Assembly (NCBI GenBank): GCA_028534125.1 | Contig: CM052817.1 | Location: 61,382,001-61,446,000 of the forward strand | Length of the DNA stretch: 64,000 nt | Origin: Lama glama | Lineage: Eukaryota | Direction of reading: 5' to 3' | In this document: positions 25,741 to 37,786 of the stretch, piece after piece | Layout: every line of letters starts with the position of its first letter | Numbering within the stretch: position 1 is the stretch's first letter | Notes under the pieces: generated by a model | Databases searched by the model: none | What the model saw: the letters and a program-made list of their open reading frames with translations, nothing else | Told to the model about the DNA's origin: nothing | Position numbers and translations under genes: made by a program

Positions 25741-28700
25741 CGAAACTGTGTTCTTTCTTGCTGTGTGTGTGTAAGCAAGTTATTTAATCCCTTTGAAGAT
25801 TTCTTCCCATCTGTAGAGCAGCGTAAAGCTAACTGATAGTGGTAAAGGGTGGTAACAGGCCTCCCAGGATCCCTCACGTACTCTTGGTGCTCAGTAGATA
25901 GTCCTAATAACTTTTTCTGTGTCATTTCTTTCTCAGGGAAGAAAAAGACTATGTGAGAGGAGATACTCATCTGAAATAACTGGAGAAAATTTACCTTTGG
26001 GTATTTCCTAGTCAAAGTAAGATGGGGGAAGCCCAAGTCTATGATGCCATTTTCTCTTACATCCTCTCCGACGTCTCTCTGTTTGTCTGTCTCACACACA
26101 CACACACACTCACTCACATACACACAGTCTGCGCATCCACTTACTGAAGACTGGACTTCCTTTTCAAGAGAAAACGTCTTACAATCCATAATTACAGATT
26201 AAAGGGTTAATATGCATCCATAGGGGTGAATTTTAGTCCCAAGGGCAGGTGATTGATATTAGATCCTTTCTTATCTAAGTTAATGGGGTGGCTCAGTAAA
26301 GATACCATTCTTTTGAAGAGCATACATTTTCCTTGTTTACCTTCATTTCTGCATCAGTAAACAGAAGCTCAGAGGTAGTTCCAACAATTGCAGCCATGCC
26401 TGCTTGCAGCTTAAGTGAGACCACAAAGCAGTGTTTTTAAAGAAGCATACAGGCAGCTACAGTTAAGTATATGAAAAATTGGACAGCAGTACTGAAAAAT
26501 ATATTTAAAGATCAAAGGAGAAGCATTTGCTTGTGATTAGTTTGATTTATACTGAACCTGACCCAGGAGCCTCCCGTGACTGCTTCCTTCCTACACATTG
26601 TGCATTTATGAAATACACACACTTACAGCTGTCATATAATATATAAAGATTTGCTGATGACAGAAAGTTATTACTGCTTCAAACAAATGCAAGCTATTTA
26701 GACTTGCAAAAACGAAGGAGAAATGAACTATACAAATAATGAGTGACCTTGTAATCTTTCCTTTGCTGCTCACAACTCATAATAGTGCTACATCCTACCC
26801 AATTAAGGGGGAAAATTTATCTTTCTATTGAGTGGATGGCTGGAGGAAGTGGTTCTGGGGATAAATGAAGCTCATTGGACTATTTAGGGAGATGCCGTCT
26901 TTAATAAGTTTTAAATTTGTTTCTATGCATTGGACCTTTCCCACTGGTGTTAGTTTAGGCTTTTCCTGTTCTCTAGTTTAAATCAAGTGAGTAGAAAGCC
27001 TGAGAATTGAGTAATAAAGATGATTAAAGATTTAGAAAAGATGTTAATGTCAAAAACCCAAGACAATTAATATTACAAAGCTCAGGGGAAAAATAACTAC
27101 ACAAAAAGGAGTTTGACGATTTAAATAACAAGAGAGATTTTTCATATGGTGTTGGGCATTTTGTTTACATTTCTGACAATTGATTGAGTAAAGGTTGAGA
27201 GGTTGAGAGTAAATAGAGTTAAGTTCTTCCTAACTGCCTGTTAGATAAAGTAACCAAGGGGAATTGTTACTTCTTTGGAGATCCTAGGAAAAATATATTA
27301 GCTGACTATGCAAAATGGATTTACTTTGCTGTGTTGGAAATATCGTTTAATTTTTGACCTAACTTAGGTCAGTTCAGCCTCATGATTAACTGAAGATTCT
27401 CATTTTCAGATTAGAATCTGTTTTTCTCTCTTTGGTGAATTAAGTTTGTTTCTACTAGAATACAGAATTTAGAATGTTAAACTGTTGGATGGACTTAGGA
27501 CTAGATTACAGGATCATGGGATCAAGAGGAAAATAATTAAGATAGAACTTTATTACATATATTTTAAAATACTGTGTAGGCAGATATATTTATTAAAATA
27601 TGAAAGTAATGTGTGTGTGTTTGGGAGTAAAGAAAAAGTCTTTAAAAAATAATACCTACATTAAAACATTTTGGTAAAAATGTACTTATCTTAAAAGTTA
27701 ACTATTTTTAAGAGCACAATTCATTATTTGCATTAAGTATCTTTACCATGTTGTACAACCGTTACACTATCCATTCCAGAATTTTTTTCATCATCCCAAA
27801 TAAAAATTCTGTATAAAATCTTTGGTTTTAAGTGTTAGAGAAATATCAGTTATCTTCTTTCTTTTTTGGGCCTAGTTTCGCCTGTCTTCCTACAACCTGG
27901 TATTCAGTGTGAGCCACTTGTCCTTGTTGAATTCTGAGCTTGTCATTTGAATTAGAATGAATTAGAACTAGATTTCTTTTGATTTGTACTTGTTCCATGT
28001 TTCTGAGTATCTATTAAAATTACATCATCTTTTATTTTACTGTCATATTATATATTTGTTTCCTTCTTTTGGAGCAATGAAATAGATACATGTTGAAGTT
28101 TAAGGGAGATCAAACTAAATGTTAATATGTAGAAAATTTCATAGAGAAGGAAAGAAAGATTGGGGATTAAAGACTGTGGTACACAAAGAAGTCTGACTCT
28201 CTCAGATACAACTGGTTCCCTTCCGCTCTTGCTAAGTGCCTGGAGCAGGAAGCACATCCAGCGTAGTAGATACCTGGGGCTGTGATCTGAAAGAGTTCAG
28301 TTCCCCAAACATTGGATATGAATTGGATGCGACATGAAGGACGTTCAGGATGTTCAGTACATCCTCCTTCTGTATTATTCTTTGTGCTCAAACGAAAATA
28401 CAGTTGTTTAAAGAGTTTTAAAAATTATTTTAAAAAGAATATTAAATACCCTATTCAGATTATCTTCTTTTTTCCTGCTCAAATGTAATTTTCTTGGCTA
28501 CTTCTCTTCCGCATTTGTAACAGTCATGCACTCCTGTTACACAGTAGAGAAATGGAGAAATTATCAGAGCTCCTTTCTCAGACAATTATTGTAGATTTTT
28601 AGAAAGCAAATAAGAATTTAAGACAATAAATGTTAAAGTCATTTGAATTTTTATTGACCTGTTAACCAAGATAATTTGTGTTACTTTAATAGTATATTAA

Positions 28701-28798
28701 TATACCTTTATGTCTGTATAACAGAAGTATGATTTTCATCTGTGTTTATTCTTTGTTTTTTAGAGAGTGACAGTCCTAATGAAATCTATTTTTTACAG

Positions 28799-28950
28799 CT
28801 GAAAGACGGTGGCAAAGCATCCCAGGCAAATGTAAGAATAGGTGATGTGGTTCTCAGCATTGACGGAATAAGTGCGCATGGAATGACTCATCTTGAAGCC
28901 CAGAACAAGATTAAGGGTTGTACAGGCTCTTTGAATATGACCCTGCAAAG
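28799..28950 (+). CDS. PDLIM5: Internal coding exon of PDZ and LIM domain protein 5 (ENH), PDZ domain residues ~33-83; equivalent to human exon 3
   Basis: Translates [50 protein letters not shown](R), which matches the PDLIM5 PDZ domain as I recall it (human [51 protein letters not shown]). Flanked by acceptor ttttttacag| (AG 28797-28798), a branch-point-like CTAAT at 28776-28780 and donor AAG|gtaaat at 28951. Length 152 nt, phase 0 start, phase 2 end. Confidence 0.97.
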
Positions 28951-30210
28951 GTAAATTTCTTTTTGTTTGGCTCTCAGAGAGAAAACAACACTGAGGAATG
29001 TGTTTTCGTGCGTCTGATTCATGGTGTTAACTAAAAAGCAGTTTCTACTGCCATTGTTTCAGGTAGATAAATAAAAAATATAATGGCTTTTAAATTGGGT
29101 AATTGAGCAGTGTAAGAATTGGTGATAGCTTTGGATTATACAGCATGTATTCACATACACACAAAAATTGTGTGTATTGTTTCAGGGAATTTAAGAATTC
29201 CTGAAATTTCTCAATGGATTGCAGGCTGGGAATTCTTATAGCATAAAACTCTTGGCCTTAATATTCTGGGCAATATACTAGAGGGTATTTTTTTAAGGTA
29301 TGATTTTTTTTTAATGTCTTTTGCCCCTTTTTCTCCTGGGTAGAAAAATAAAATTTTAATATATATACATTTGAAGTCCAGATTTTCTGAATTTAGTTTG
29401 GCTTCAGTTTTAAAATAGCTAATCATCACATTGATTATACTATATCAGGTCTTTTCAGTATCCCAACATATGAACTATATTGATAGCACCTGGATTTCTT
29501 GTTAAAAATACTGATAGGAATCAGAATATCTGGAAGTAAGGGCCAAGAATTACATTTTGATAAATTGTCTGTGGTTATTATGAAATATAAAGATTGAACC
29601 ACTATGGTGTCTTGGGTTGAGGGGAAGGGAGGAGAAAGAGGGAATAGAGGGAGCATGATTGAATGATGGCTCTGAACCTTTAAGTTTATAAGGAAGGTAG
29701 CTATCATTTACCAGGTGGTTATGGAGGATTTTAAGCAAGACTTGCTTTTTATAATTACAGAAGTGTTCTCTGTTCTATACGCTTTGGAAAGCACTATTTT
29801 CCTCTGAAACATCTTATAGTCTTCCATAAATTATTGTGTGTGTTATAAATCTTTAAGAGAGGAGTAATATATATGGTACTTTCCAAACATTTTTAGCTAT
29901 GAAACCTTTTTTTCTTGGAGTCTCTCCTGGGACTATTTAGAGGATATAAACAAAATAAATTATATGTTCTTGTCCGGAGGAGTATCAGTTGGGTCTTAGG
30001 ACAGAATAGGAAACATTTTTGTGAACTTAGACTTACAGATTTACTTTGATGTATCGTGACTTTCTGACCAGTTCCCCTTTGGAGAAATTTGTGTGTGTAT
30101 GGTGAGTATGTGTGAGTGTGTATATGTGTGTGTGTGTGAAATTTCTTTCAATGGACCATTGAATCAAAGATCATGTATATTTAAGTTTGGAAAGATATTA
30201 GCTATACATT

Positions 30211-30438
30211 GTATTATTTTTTACTGTTTGTTTATAAATTGAAGTATAGTCAGGCTAAAATGTTGTGTCAATTTCTGGTGTATAGCATAACGTTTCAGTC
30301 ATCCATATACATACATATATTCCTTTTTGTATTCTTTTTCATTATAGGTTACTACAAGATACTGAATAGTGTTCCCTGTGCAATGCAGAAGAAACTTGTT
30401 GTTTTATCTATTTTATATATAGTAGTTAGTATCTGCAA
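30211..30438 (-). mobile_element. 5'-truncated lineage-specific L1 3' end
   Basis: attgaagtatagtcag...aatgttgtgtcaatttctggtgtatagcat...ataggttactacaagatactgaatagt; TSD tagctata(c/t)att at 30199-30210 and 30439-30450. Confidence 0.88.
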
Positions 30439-31228
30439 TAGCTATATATTTTAATACATATAAAAGTAATCAATGAGAAAAAAATAACCTTGCTAAAAAG
30501 TTCCATTTTGATAGTATCCTTTCATTCTATATATTGAGACATGTAACACAAAAATTGTTACTAGTTAAATGAAGGTAGTCATTTTTGTTGATAGGCATTT
30601 TTGCTAAGTATGAATTCTGAAAGGGATCCAAGAAGTCAAGAAGCTTAACTTGTCTAAGATATCAGCAAAACAAACACAGATGATGTTGAGCTGTTTCTGA
30701 AATTCGAAAGGGAAAGTTTATGTAGGGTGTAGGCTTTTTTTCTGGGCTGTGTGTCATTTCTTTCATAGTAGCTTACTTGTTTTCACATTGTGCTCCTTAT
30801 TTTATGATCCAGGACTCAGTATCTTATTTTCTATTGAAAACACTTCTGGGTTCCTAAAGAGTAGATGAAAACCAGATGTTACCCTGTTTGGATGCATTTC
30901 TAATTTAAGTAATCTGCTACTGACTTGAGAAGTGTCTTTGAAGCTACTTAAATACAAAATTATAAACATTTGGAGATACTACTTAATCTTGTCTTTATAT
31001 TTCTGAATATGGATACTCAAGAGACCCAAAATATGAGGGAGAATTTTAGAGTCCTGTTGTCATTTATTGTTACTCTTCTCCAGTTCTTTATCCCACCTCT
31101 CACCAACCAGACTGTTCAGCATTCTCCTTCCAAACTGAGTGAACTACAACAGGACTTTCTCTGTGTAACTTTTTCTTCATATACATGTGGTTTTCTTCAT
31201 GAATAACTAGTACTTTCCTTCATAGACT

Positions 31229-31790
31229 TGTCTTAGTCCAGTTTCCCGAGAAGCAGGACCTGAGATGGGATTCACATACAATTGATAGATCAACAGAGGT
31301 CTTTCAAATGTTACTTTCAAGGGAGTGAGTGAAGCAGGATTGGGAAGAAGAAACTGAGATGAGCAGGATTGTGGTTTCAGGGGATGTTTCGCCTTAGCTT
31401 CACCCAGGAGGGAACTTGGCAACAAAATTGTACCATTGAGTCTGTCTTACCTCGAGGCAAAGGAACTAGGCTTTTGTCCCCCTTCCTACATTCCTTAGTC
31501 TTTGGCTACCAGCTATTCTGGAAATAACATGTGTATATGCACGCATGCACACGCGCATGTGCAGGGGAAGGCTAGGAGGTAGCTTCTGCTGCTTCCACAG
31601 CAGAAGTTGCTGGTGTGAACCATTAGCAGCAATACAGGGAGCACCTTGAGGATGGATGTGCCAAGCCAGTAGAAGAGTTCTAGGGGACCCAGACTGGGTA
31701 CCCATAGTATGTGCTGTGAGATTCCATCCAGACTGGAGTCCCTTGCTTGGAGGAGCAGACTCTCTGCGACCAAGGCCCACTCAGATTGTT
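31229..31790 (-). mobile_element. Ancient ERVL-class solo LTR (LTR16/LTR33-like; subfamily uncertain)
   Basis: tgtcttagtccagtttcccgagaagcaggacctgagatgggattc start and GC-richer body. Confidence 0.6.
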
Positions 31791-32149
31791 CTCCACAGAT
31801 TATTGCTGCTCATCAGTGGATACCATATTTCTGTTTAAGATATCTTACTGTCCCTCACATGCCTTTTTGTCCTCTTATGAAAATCTGCTTCATCTGGAAT
31901 GCCTACCCACCTCTTCACTGCCAGTTCATGCCTCCATTCCGCAAACTCCTCATCATCTACCCATAGTCTTTCCTTACCCATTTTCCCCCTTTGAACTCTT
32001 ATGACAAGTTTATACTATTCAGCTCAGCATTTAATTATACACTAGGTATAACTAGGAATAATAAGGCAGATTCCATGAGTCATATACAAATAAACCTAAT
32101 TAGTTAATAATCATACCTAATACTGCCTATGTAGTTAACTAATTACTTC

Positions 32150-32275
32150 ATGTACATTAGCTCTGTTTCACCAACTAGACTCCTTGAAAGCAAAGACCAT
32201 GTTTTTTTGTACTATTTATATTTGACAACATCTTGTATAGTCTTGTGTTTTTAGTGTCCAATAAATGTTTGATGG
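32150..32275 (+). mobile_element. L2 3' end fragment
   Basis: actagactccttgaaagcaaagaccatg...caataaatgtttgatg. Confidence 0.65.
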
Positions 32276-32304
32276 GCACCAGCATTATTTCTCAGACTTG
32301 GCAT

Positions 32305-32800
32305 CACTGATTTATTCCACAAATATTTTTTGAGCTATTACTGTGCCAGGCACTGTTGTAGGTGCTGGGGACACAACAGTGAACAAAACAGACAAAATCC
32401 CTGCCCTCCTGGTGCTGACCTTTTAGTGAGCAGAAACAGATAATACACAAGTAAGTAAAAACGTATGGGATGTCACATGGTGATAAGTGCTATGGGGAAA
32501 AATAAATCATCTAAGGGCCATAGAGAATGCAGGGGTAGGAGACAGCAATTTAAGGTAGAGTGGTCAGGAAAGACTCAGTGAGAAGGCTGCTGGATCCCCG
32601 GGTCCCGAGTGTCCCAGGCGGAGGGAAGAGCTGGTGCAGTGGCCCCATTGGGAAGACCAGTGTGCCTGGAGCAGAGTGAGTGAAGGCAGAGGGGTAAGAA
32701 GTGAGGTCAGAGAGGGAGGGAGCAGGGAGTGGGTAGGGAAGGGACAGAACTTGTAGAGCCTTGTGGGGCACTGTAATGTTTGTAATAAAATTTAAGTTTT
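32305..32800 (-). mobile_element. L2 LINE 3' fragment
   Basis: acaaatattttttgagc..tactgtgccaggcactgttgtaggtgctggggacacaacagtgaacaaaacagacaaaatccctgccctc. Confidence 0.9.
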
Positions 32801-35085
32801 CCTGGGCCTATAAAAAGTTGTGAGAACACCTTGGAGCGTTGTAGCTGCTTGGCCAGATCTGCGGTAGGATTTGGGAGAGAAAAGACATCATTATTGGAAA
32901 GAGGGGCTAAAGGAGGAGCAGGCCAAGCCGCTCCCCAGTCTTTCTTTCTCATAGGATTAATCTCAATTTAAGAAATAATTTAGGTTTCATCATTTTTATT
33001 ATTCATTTTTTTTTGTATATTCATTTTTTATTGAAGTATAGTCTTGCTAGCGGTGCACTGCCTTTTCCTTCTAGTAGAAGTGCTGGGTGATTACCACTTC
33101 TGCTCATCTCCACCCAGGAATCCCCAGGGGGAGACTATAAGAGAAAACCCATCCTTGTTTTTGAAATGAAAGTTACCAGCAATTTTGTTTTGTGAAATTG
33201 TTTTGGTATTAAGTACTATTGTTATATGTCTGTTCGTTAAATATGTATATTTAATTGATCTCCTCTTTAAGCCCAACCTCAATATCCTAAAGTAGGATTT
33301 AAATAAGAAAAAGTTAGATAAAGAAACTTGCTTGAGTAGGGTTATTTTGTACTGTTTTTTCTATCTAGTCTAATTTGGGGCTATGTAATAAAGCAAACAC
33401 ACTATCTCTCATTGATATCCTAAAAATATAAGACTTGTCTCATTGAATCCTAGTATCTAATGAATATAGAAGTGTGGAAGTTTTCATTTTGATTTGTCTT
33501 TTATCCTTGGAAAGGATGGGAAAGCATTTTTTTTTCCCCTGAAACTGGCACTGATTCTAAGTATACTACAACTGGACACTGAAAAATTCTATTTGAAATT
33601 ATTTTTCCTTTTGGGAGAATTAGGCAGATAGCAGTGTGCTTATTTTTAAATATCATTTGCATTTTGCCTATGCTTTTGATCCAAGTCAAAGTGGATCATT
33701 TAAAAAGTTGCATTATTTCAGCTAATAAGAGAAGAAAACTACTTTCTAAAGCTTTGATGTCTTGTAGCTCTATTAATTATCTTAGAGTTGAACCTGTGAA
33801 TAAGATTTTTAACTTTCATTTTATTTCAGTAATTCTCTGAATAACATAGATAAACCTGCTACTAACTTACTGTATGAATTGGGGTAAGTCATTAAACTTC
33901 CAGGCCTTCATTTTCCTGACTGTAAAACGAGGTTAGGACTAATTTCTTAGTTGCCTTGAATTCTGGTTCTCTTGTTGTGGTTTTTCAGCTGTAAATGGAT
34001 AAGTTCCCTAGAGCTTGCTGTTAGATCAAACTAACTTAAGTCTGCTTGTTTTGGCTTTGAGAATCAGGAGATTTGACTTTTTCCATTGGAGTTATCTTAA
34101 ACTGTGCCAGGTTAGCAGAGTGACTTGTACTACTCTGCTGACTTTAAGGTGAAAGGTAGGTCAGAATGATATTCAAACAGCACTTAATCATTAAAAAATA
34201 CTTTGTTATAATCTGTCCTTATTTAATATTTTTAAAATAATCCTCTCAGAATCACAGGGACTATGTATAATTTTTCTAATCTTTCTTGTTTTTTTCATTA
34301 TTGGTAGTGGCATGTCTGTGTTTTTTTTTATTTTTTTGGTTCCTTAAACTTCATTTAGTGTATAACTTGTTATGATTGGAAGTGAAAGATACAGAGGATT
34401 GAGTTTTGAAAAATATTGATGTACTCTCTCTTTCAGCCTCCTGCTTCTTCCTCATCCTTGAAGCTACAAAAAAAAATTGTCAGAGGTCCAGTAACTACAA
34501 CTAATGAATGACAGAGTGAAATAATTTAATAGGCACTTTGAGTTACAAGAAAAAAGAAAAAGTAGCTGTTGTACCAGACTGAAGCTATTAGGTGTCTTTT
34601 GTTTCATTTTAATGGATTGCTTAACGTCCTATGACTGTTAACTTTAATGGGTTCAACTCTGCTCTTTTTTCACTAGTATAGAGGCAAGATTTCAGAAAGT
34701 TTTTATTTTTTTAATCGGAGGTTTTGGTTCTCTATCTGGGATGTTTCTTTTCATGTGAATTAAAAGACATTTAGTTTGATTATCTTTTCTTTTAATTGGA
34801 GTTTCACATTATCCCACCTCTGGTTCCTTTTTTCCCTTTGGTATTTCACATGCTTTTTGAATGTCTTTTCTGCAATTTAGGTTTTATTGGTTTCTCTTGT
34901 TTGTTTTTTGCTTGTTTGTGTTGGTTTTAATCTTATTTTTTAATTCTTTGTTTGGAGGATAACTTTTTCAGAAGGACTGTCTGATTAATCTACCCTCCTC
35001 CTCATCATTAAAATTAGAAGTGCTGCTTAGGAAGAAAGTGGAAGAGGACAAGCACACATTGACATCTCTTTAGCGCAAGTCTTTT

Positions 35086-35570
35086 TTTTTTAATAAGAGT
35101 GTAGTTGATTTATAATGTGTTAGTTCCTGGTATACAGCATAGTGGTTCAGTTGTATGTATATATGTGTGTGTGTCTGTGTGTGTATTTATATTCAAACAG
35201 CACTTTTTCATATTCTTTTTCCTTATAGGTTACTACAAGATATTGAATATAGTTCCCTGTGGTATACAGTAGAAACTTGTTGTTTATCTATTTTATATAT
35301 ACTAGTTAGTATCTGCAAATCTCGAACTCCCAATTTATCTCTTCCTTCCCCCTTCCCCCTCTGGTAACCGGAAGTCTGTTTGCTGTGTCTGTAAGTCTGT
35401 TTCTGTTTCATAAATAAGTTAATTTGTGTTTTTTGGATTCCACATATAAGTGATATCATATAATATTTGTCTTTCTCTGTCTGACTTACTTCACTTAGTA
35501 TGATAATCTCTAGGTCCATTTGTGTTGCAGCAAATGGCATTATTTCATTCTTTTTTATGGCTGAGTAGTT
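35086..35570 (-). mobile_element. 5'-truncated L1 (ORF2 C-terminus plus 3'UTR)
   Basis: Minus ORF MPFAATQMDLEIIILSEVSQTEKDKYYMISLICGI is the L1 ORF2 C-terminus; poly-T tail near 35081-35091; degenerate TSD gca(a/g)gtctttt. Confidence 0.93.
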
Positions 35571-36689
35571 TTTATGCAGGTCTTTTCACATATCTCACTT
35601 AATCCTTTTATCAGTCCATTGAGGAAGCAGTTAACATACCCATTTTCCAGATGATTATTTTATGGCTTTGAGAGTTTATGTGACTTGCCTAACAAACCCA
35701 GATCAGTTCAAAGACTGCCCTCCCCTCTTCCTTTGCTGTAACAAGGGCCTTAGTGACTATAGGCTCCTAATAAAATTTGGTAAGACAGGATAGTAATTTA
35801 ATAGGGGTTACTCCTTGATTCTTTTACTTTTAAGCAACAGCATCTCTTTTCATTTTCACTCTCACCTTTCAGTATTCCATAATAAATATTATACCTAAAT
35901 TATTTTCTGTGTGCTTCGTAGACCTTATATATTAGAATAAAAGTAAAAGAAAATAAGGAGGCTCAATAGATGAGTGGGCTGCTAGGTAGAAGCCTTCATT
36001 TGGATACTGTCTTGTATATATGGTTGCTTGTCCTAAATCAAAATGTCATTTTTAATTCCCCCCCCGAAGTTTATAAGCTTGTTGACTATAGTATTTGCTA
36101 GCTTATTTCTATATTAAAGTTTGAAAACTTTTTTCTTCAGATGACTCTGTCTGTGCATTCCATGAGTAACTAAGGATTCACAAATTTTAAAAAAGTATGT
36201 TTTTAAGACTTCTTGCTCAATATGACACTGACTGGAAAAAATGCTGAAACTGCCTATCAGCAGACCTACAAGGGAATTATTTATCTTTTATCTCTTCTTC
36301 TTCAATTCACTAGGGATAAAGACTGTTGAAAACGGATTTGAAGACTCAAATTAGTGCATCATTTTTGATAGTCTGTAGCAACCTGGCAATAACAGATTTG
36401 GTAAATATGGGTTTGTCAGAGTATATTTTGCATTTTGAAATTCTTGCCTTTGAACTTTACAGCTTGAAAGTGCTTTTTTTTTTAACATTAGAGTCTTATT
36501 GATTTATCTGAAGGAAAAAATATTTCATTCTGTAATCCTTTGAGTTAAAATAATCCTAGAGAATAATACATTTAAAGACCTGTTTAATTTTGAAGCTTTA
36601 ATGTAAATTCTTAATATGTAGAATATTTTTGTATGTGTTTAATTTTTAAATAGGCCATGAAATAGAGATAGAAAGGAGGAGATTGGTAG

Positions 36690-36880
36690 TAAAACTGGCT
36701 TTGAAATTAGGACAACTTGGTACAAACCTTGGTTCCACCACTTTCTAGCTGTGTGAGCGTAGGCACGTTATATAACTGAGTTTGTTAGCCATTTTTAAAT
36801 GGGCAAAGTAATAACTCCCTTCTAGGGCTATTATAAAGTTTAGATGAAATAATGTAAAAAACCTAGGACATAATGTAGAT
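36690..36880 (+). mobile_element. MIR SINE
   Basis: ggctttgaaattaggacaacttggtacaaaccttggttccaccactttctagctgtgtga. Confidence 0.75.
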
Positions 36881-37639
36881 AAGTTTTCTCTCCTTTCTTC
36901 CTGTTTCTCTCTTCAGTATAAGTGAGTGTTAATACAGTGTCCATTGTAAAGTTACTTCTAGGAGATTGTATTTATTTTGTTTCTTAGCAACAAAATGGGT
37001 GTGACTGGAGGGAAATAGGGAGAAAATGAGAGGGCCGTCTGGTAGGTGGTTATCTTCGAAAGTCAGAAAGATGATGATTCAAGTGTTAGAAGAAAGGATT
37101 GTTTATAGTCAAGTGAGTGGTTTTTGATCATACAATTGTAATTAAAGCTTTTTTAAAGCATGCAGTGGATACAGATATTATGCTTAGTGCTAGCTAACTA
37201 CTGCCTTCGTTCAAGAACTATCTCAACCAGTAATTTATGGCAGAGAAGAGAAACCGGTATGCACCTAGTCTTGTTTATTCTGCTAATTCCTCTTGTTCTC
37301 CATAGAGGAACAATGCAGATATAGTTCTCTCTTACTCTGGGTTAAGCCAGAAAGACAAACAACAAAAAAAGTTTTTTCTGTCACTCTCCTGTCCAAATTC
37401 ATGTGTATTCCCTTTAATTTCCTGTGTGACATTAATATCAATTTAAATTTCTAACTGTTGGATTGTGTTTTTATGATGCTTTTAGAAATAATTTTCTCTT
37501 GTAGCCTTTTATCAACACTATCATTACTTAAGTTTAATTGGAAAATCTCATAATGTTCCAAATTTTTGAAAATTGGACTTCTTCAGATTTACCTTATGAC
37601 CAGGTGCCATAAGGGGTGGATATAAAGAGAGTGATTTAT

Positions 37640-37786
37640 TTATTTATTTTTAATTTAAAAAAAAAACCTTTTTTGGGGGGTGGGTGATTAGGTTTATTAT
37701 TTATTTTTAGTGAAGGTACTAGGGATTGAAACAGGACCTCGTGCATGCTAAGCGCCCACTCTACCACTGCTCTACCCTTCCCCACT
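37640..37786 (-). mobile_element. Camelid tRNA-derived SINE (vic-1 type)
   Basis: ggtactagggattgaaacaggacctcgtgcatgctaagc...ctctaccactg; TSD aagagagt(g/a)atttat at 37625-37639 and 37787-37801. Confidence 0.9.

Larger units (their letters stand above)
1..28798 (+). other. PDLIM5: PDLIM5 intron upstream of the PDZ exon (intron 2, partial)
   Basis: The preceding exon (MSNYSVSLVGPAPWGFRLQGG...) is not seen in the window; the sequence is repeat-rich and non-coding up to the acceptor. Confidence 0.85.

Noticed and set aside
25617..26189. 190-aa minus ORF
   Set aside because: Runs through a CA microsatellite and MIR fragments; no recognisable domain.
28742..28798. N-terminal extension MFILCFLESDSPNEIYFLQ of the ORF-track protein
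   Set aside because: Intronic read-through starting at a GTG; similarity to PDLIM5 begins only after the acceptor at 28799.
35223..35540. 105-aa minus ORF as a gene
   Set aside because: L1 ORF2 C-terminal remnant running into the L1 3'UTR.
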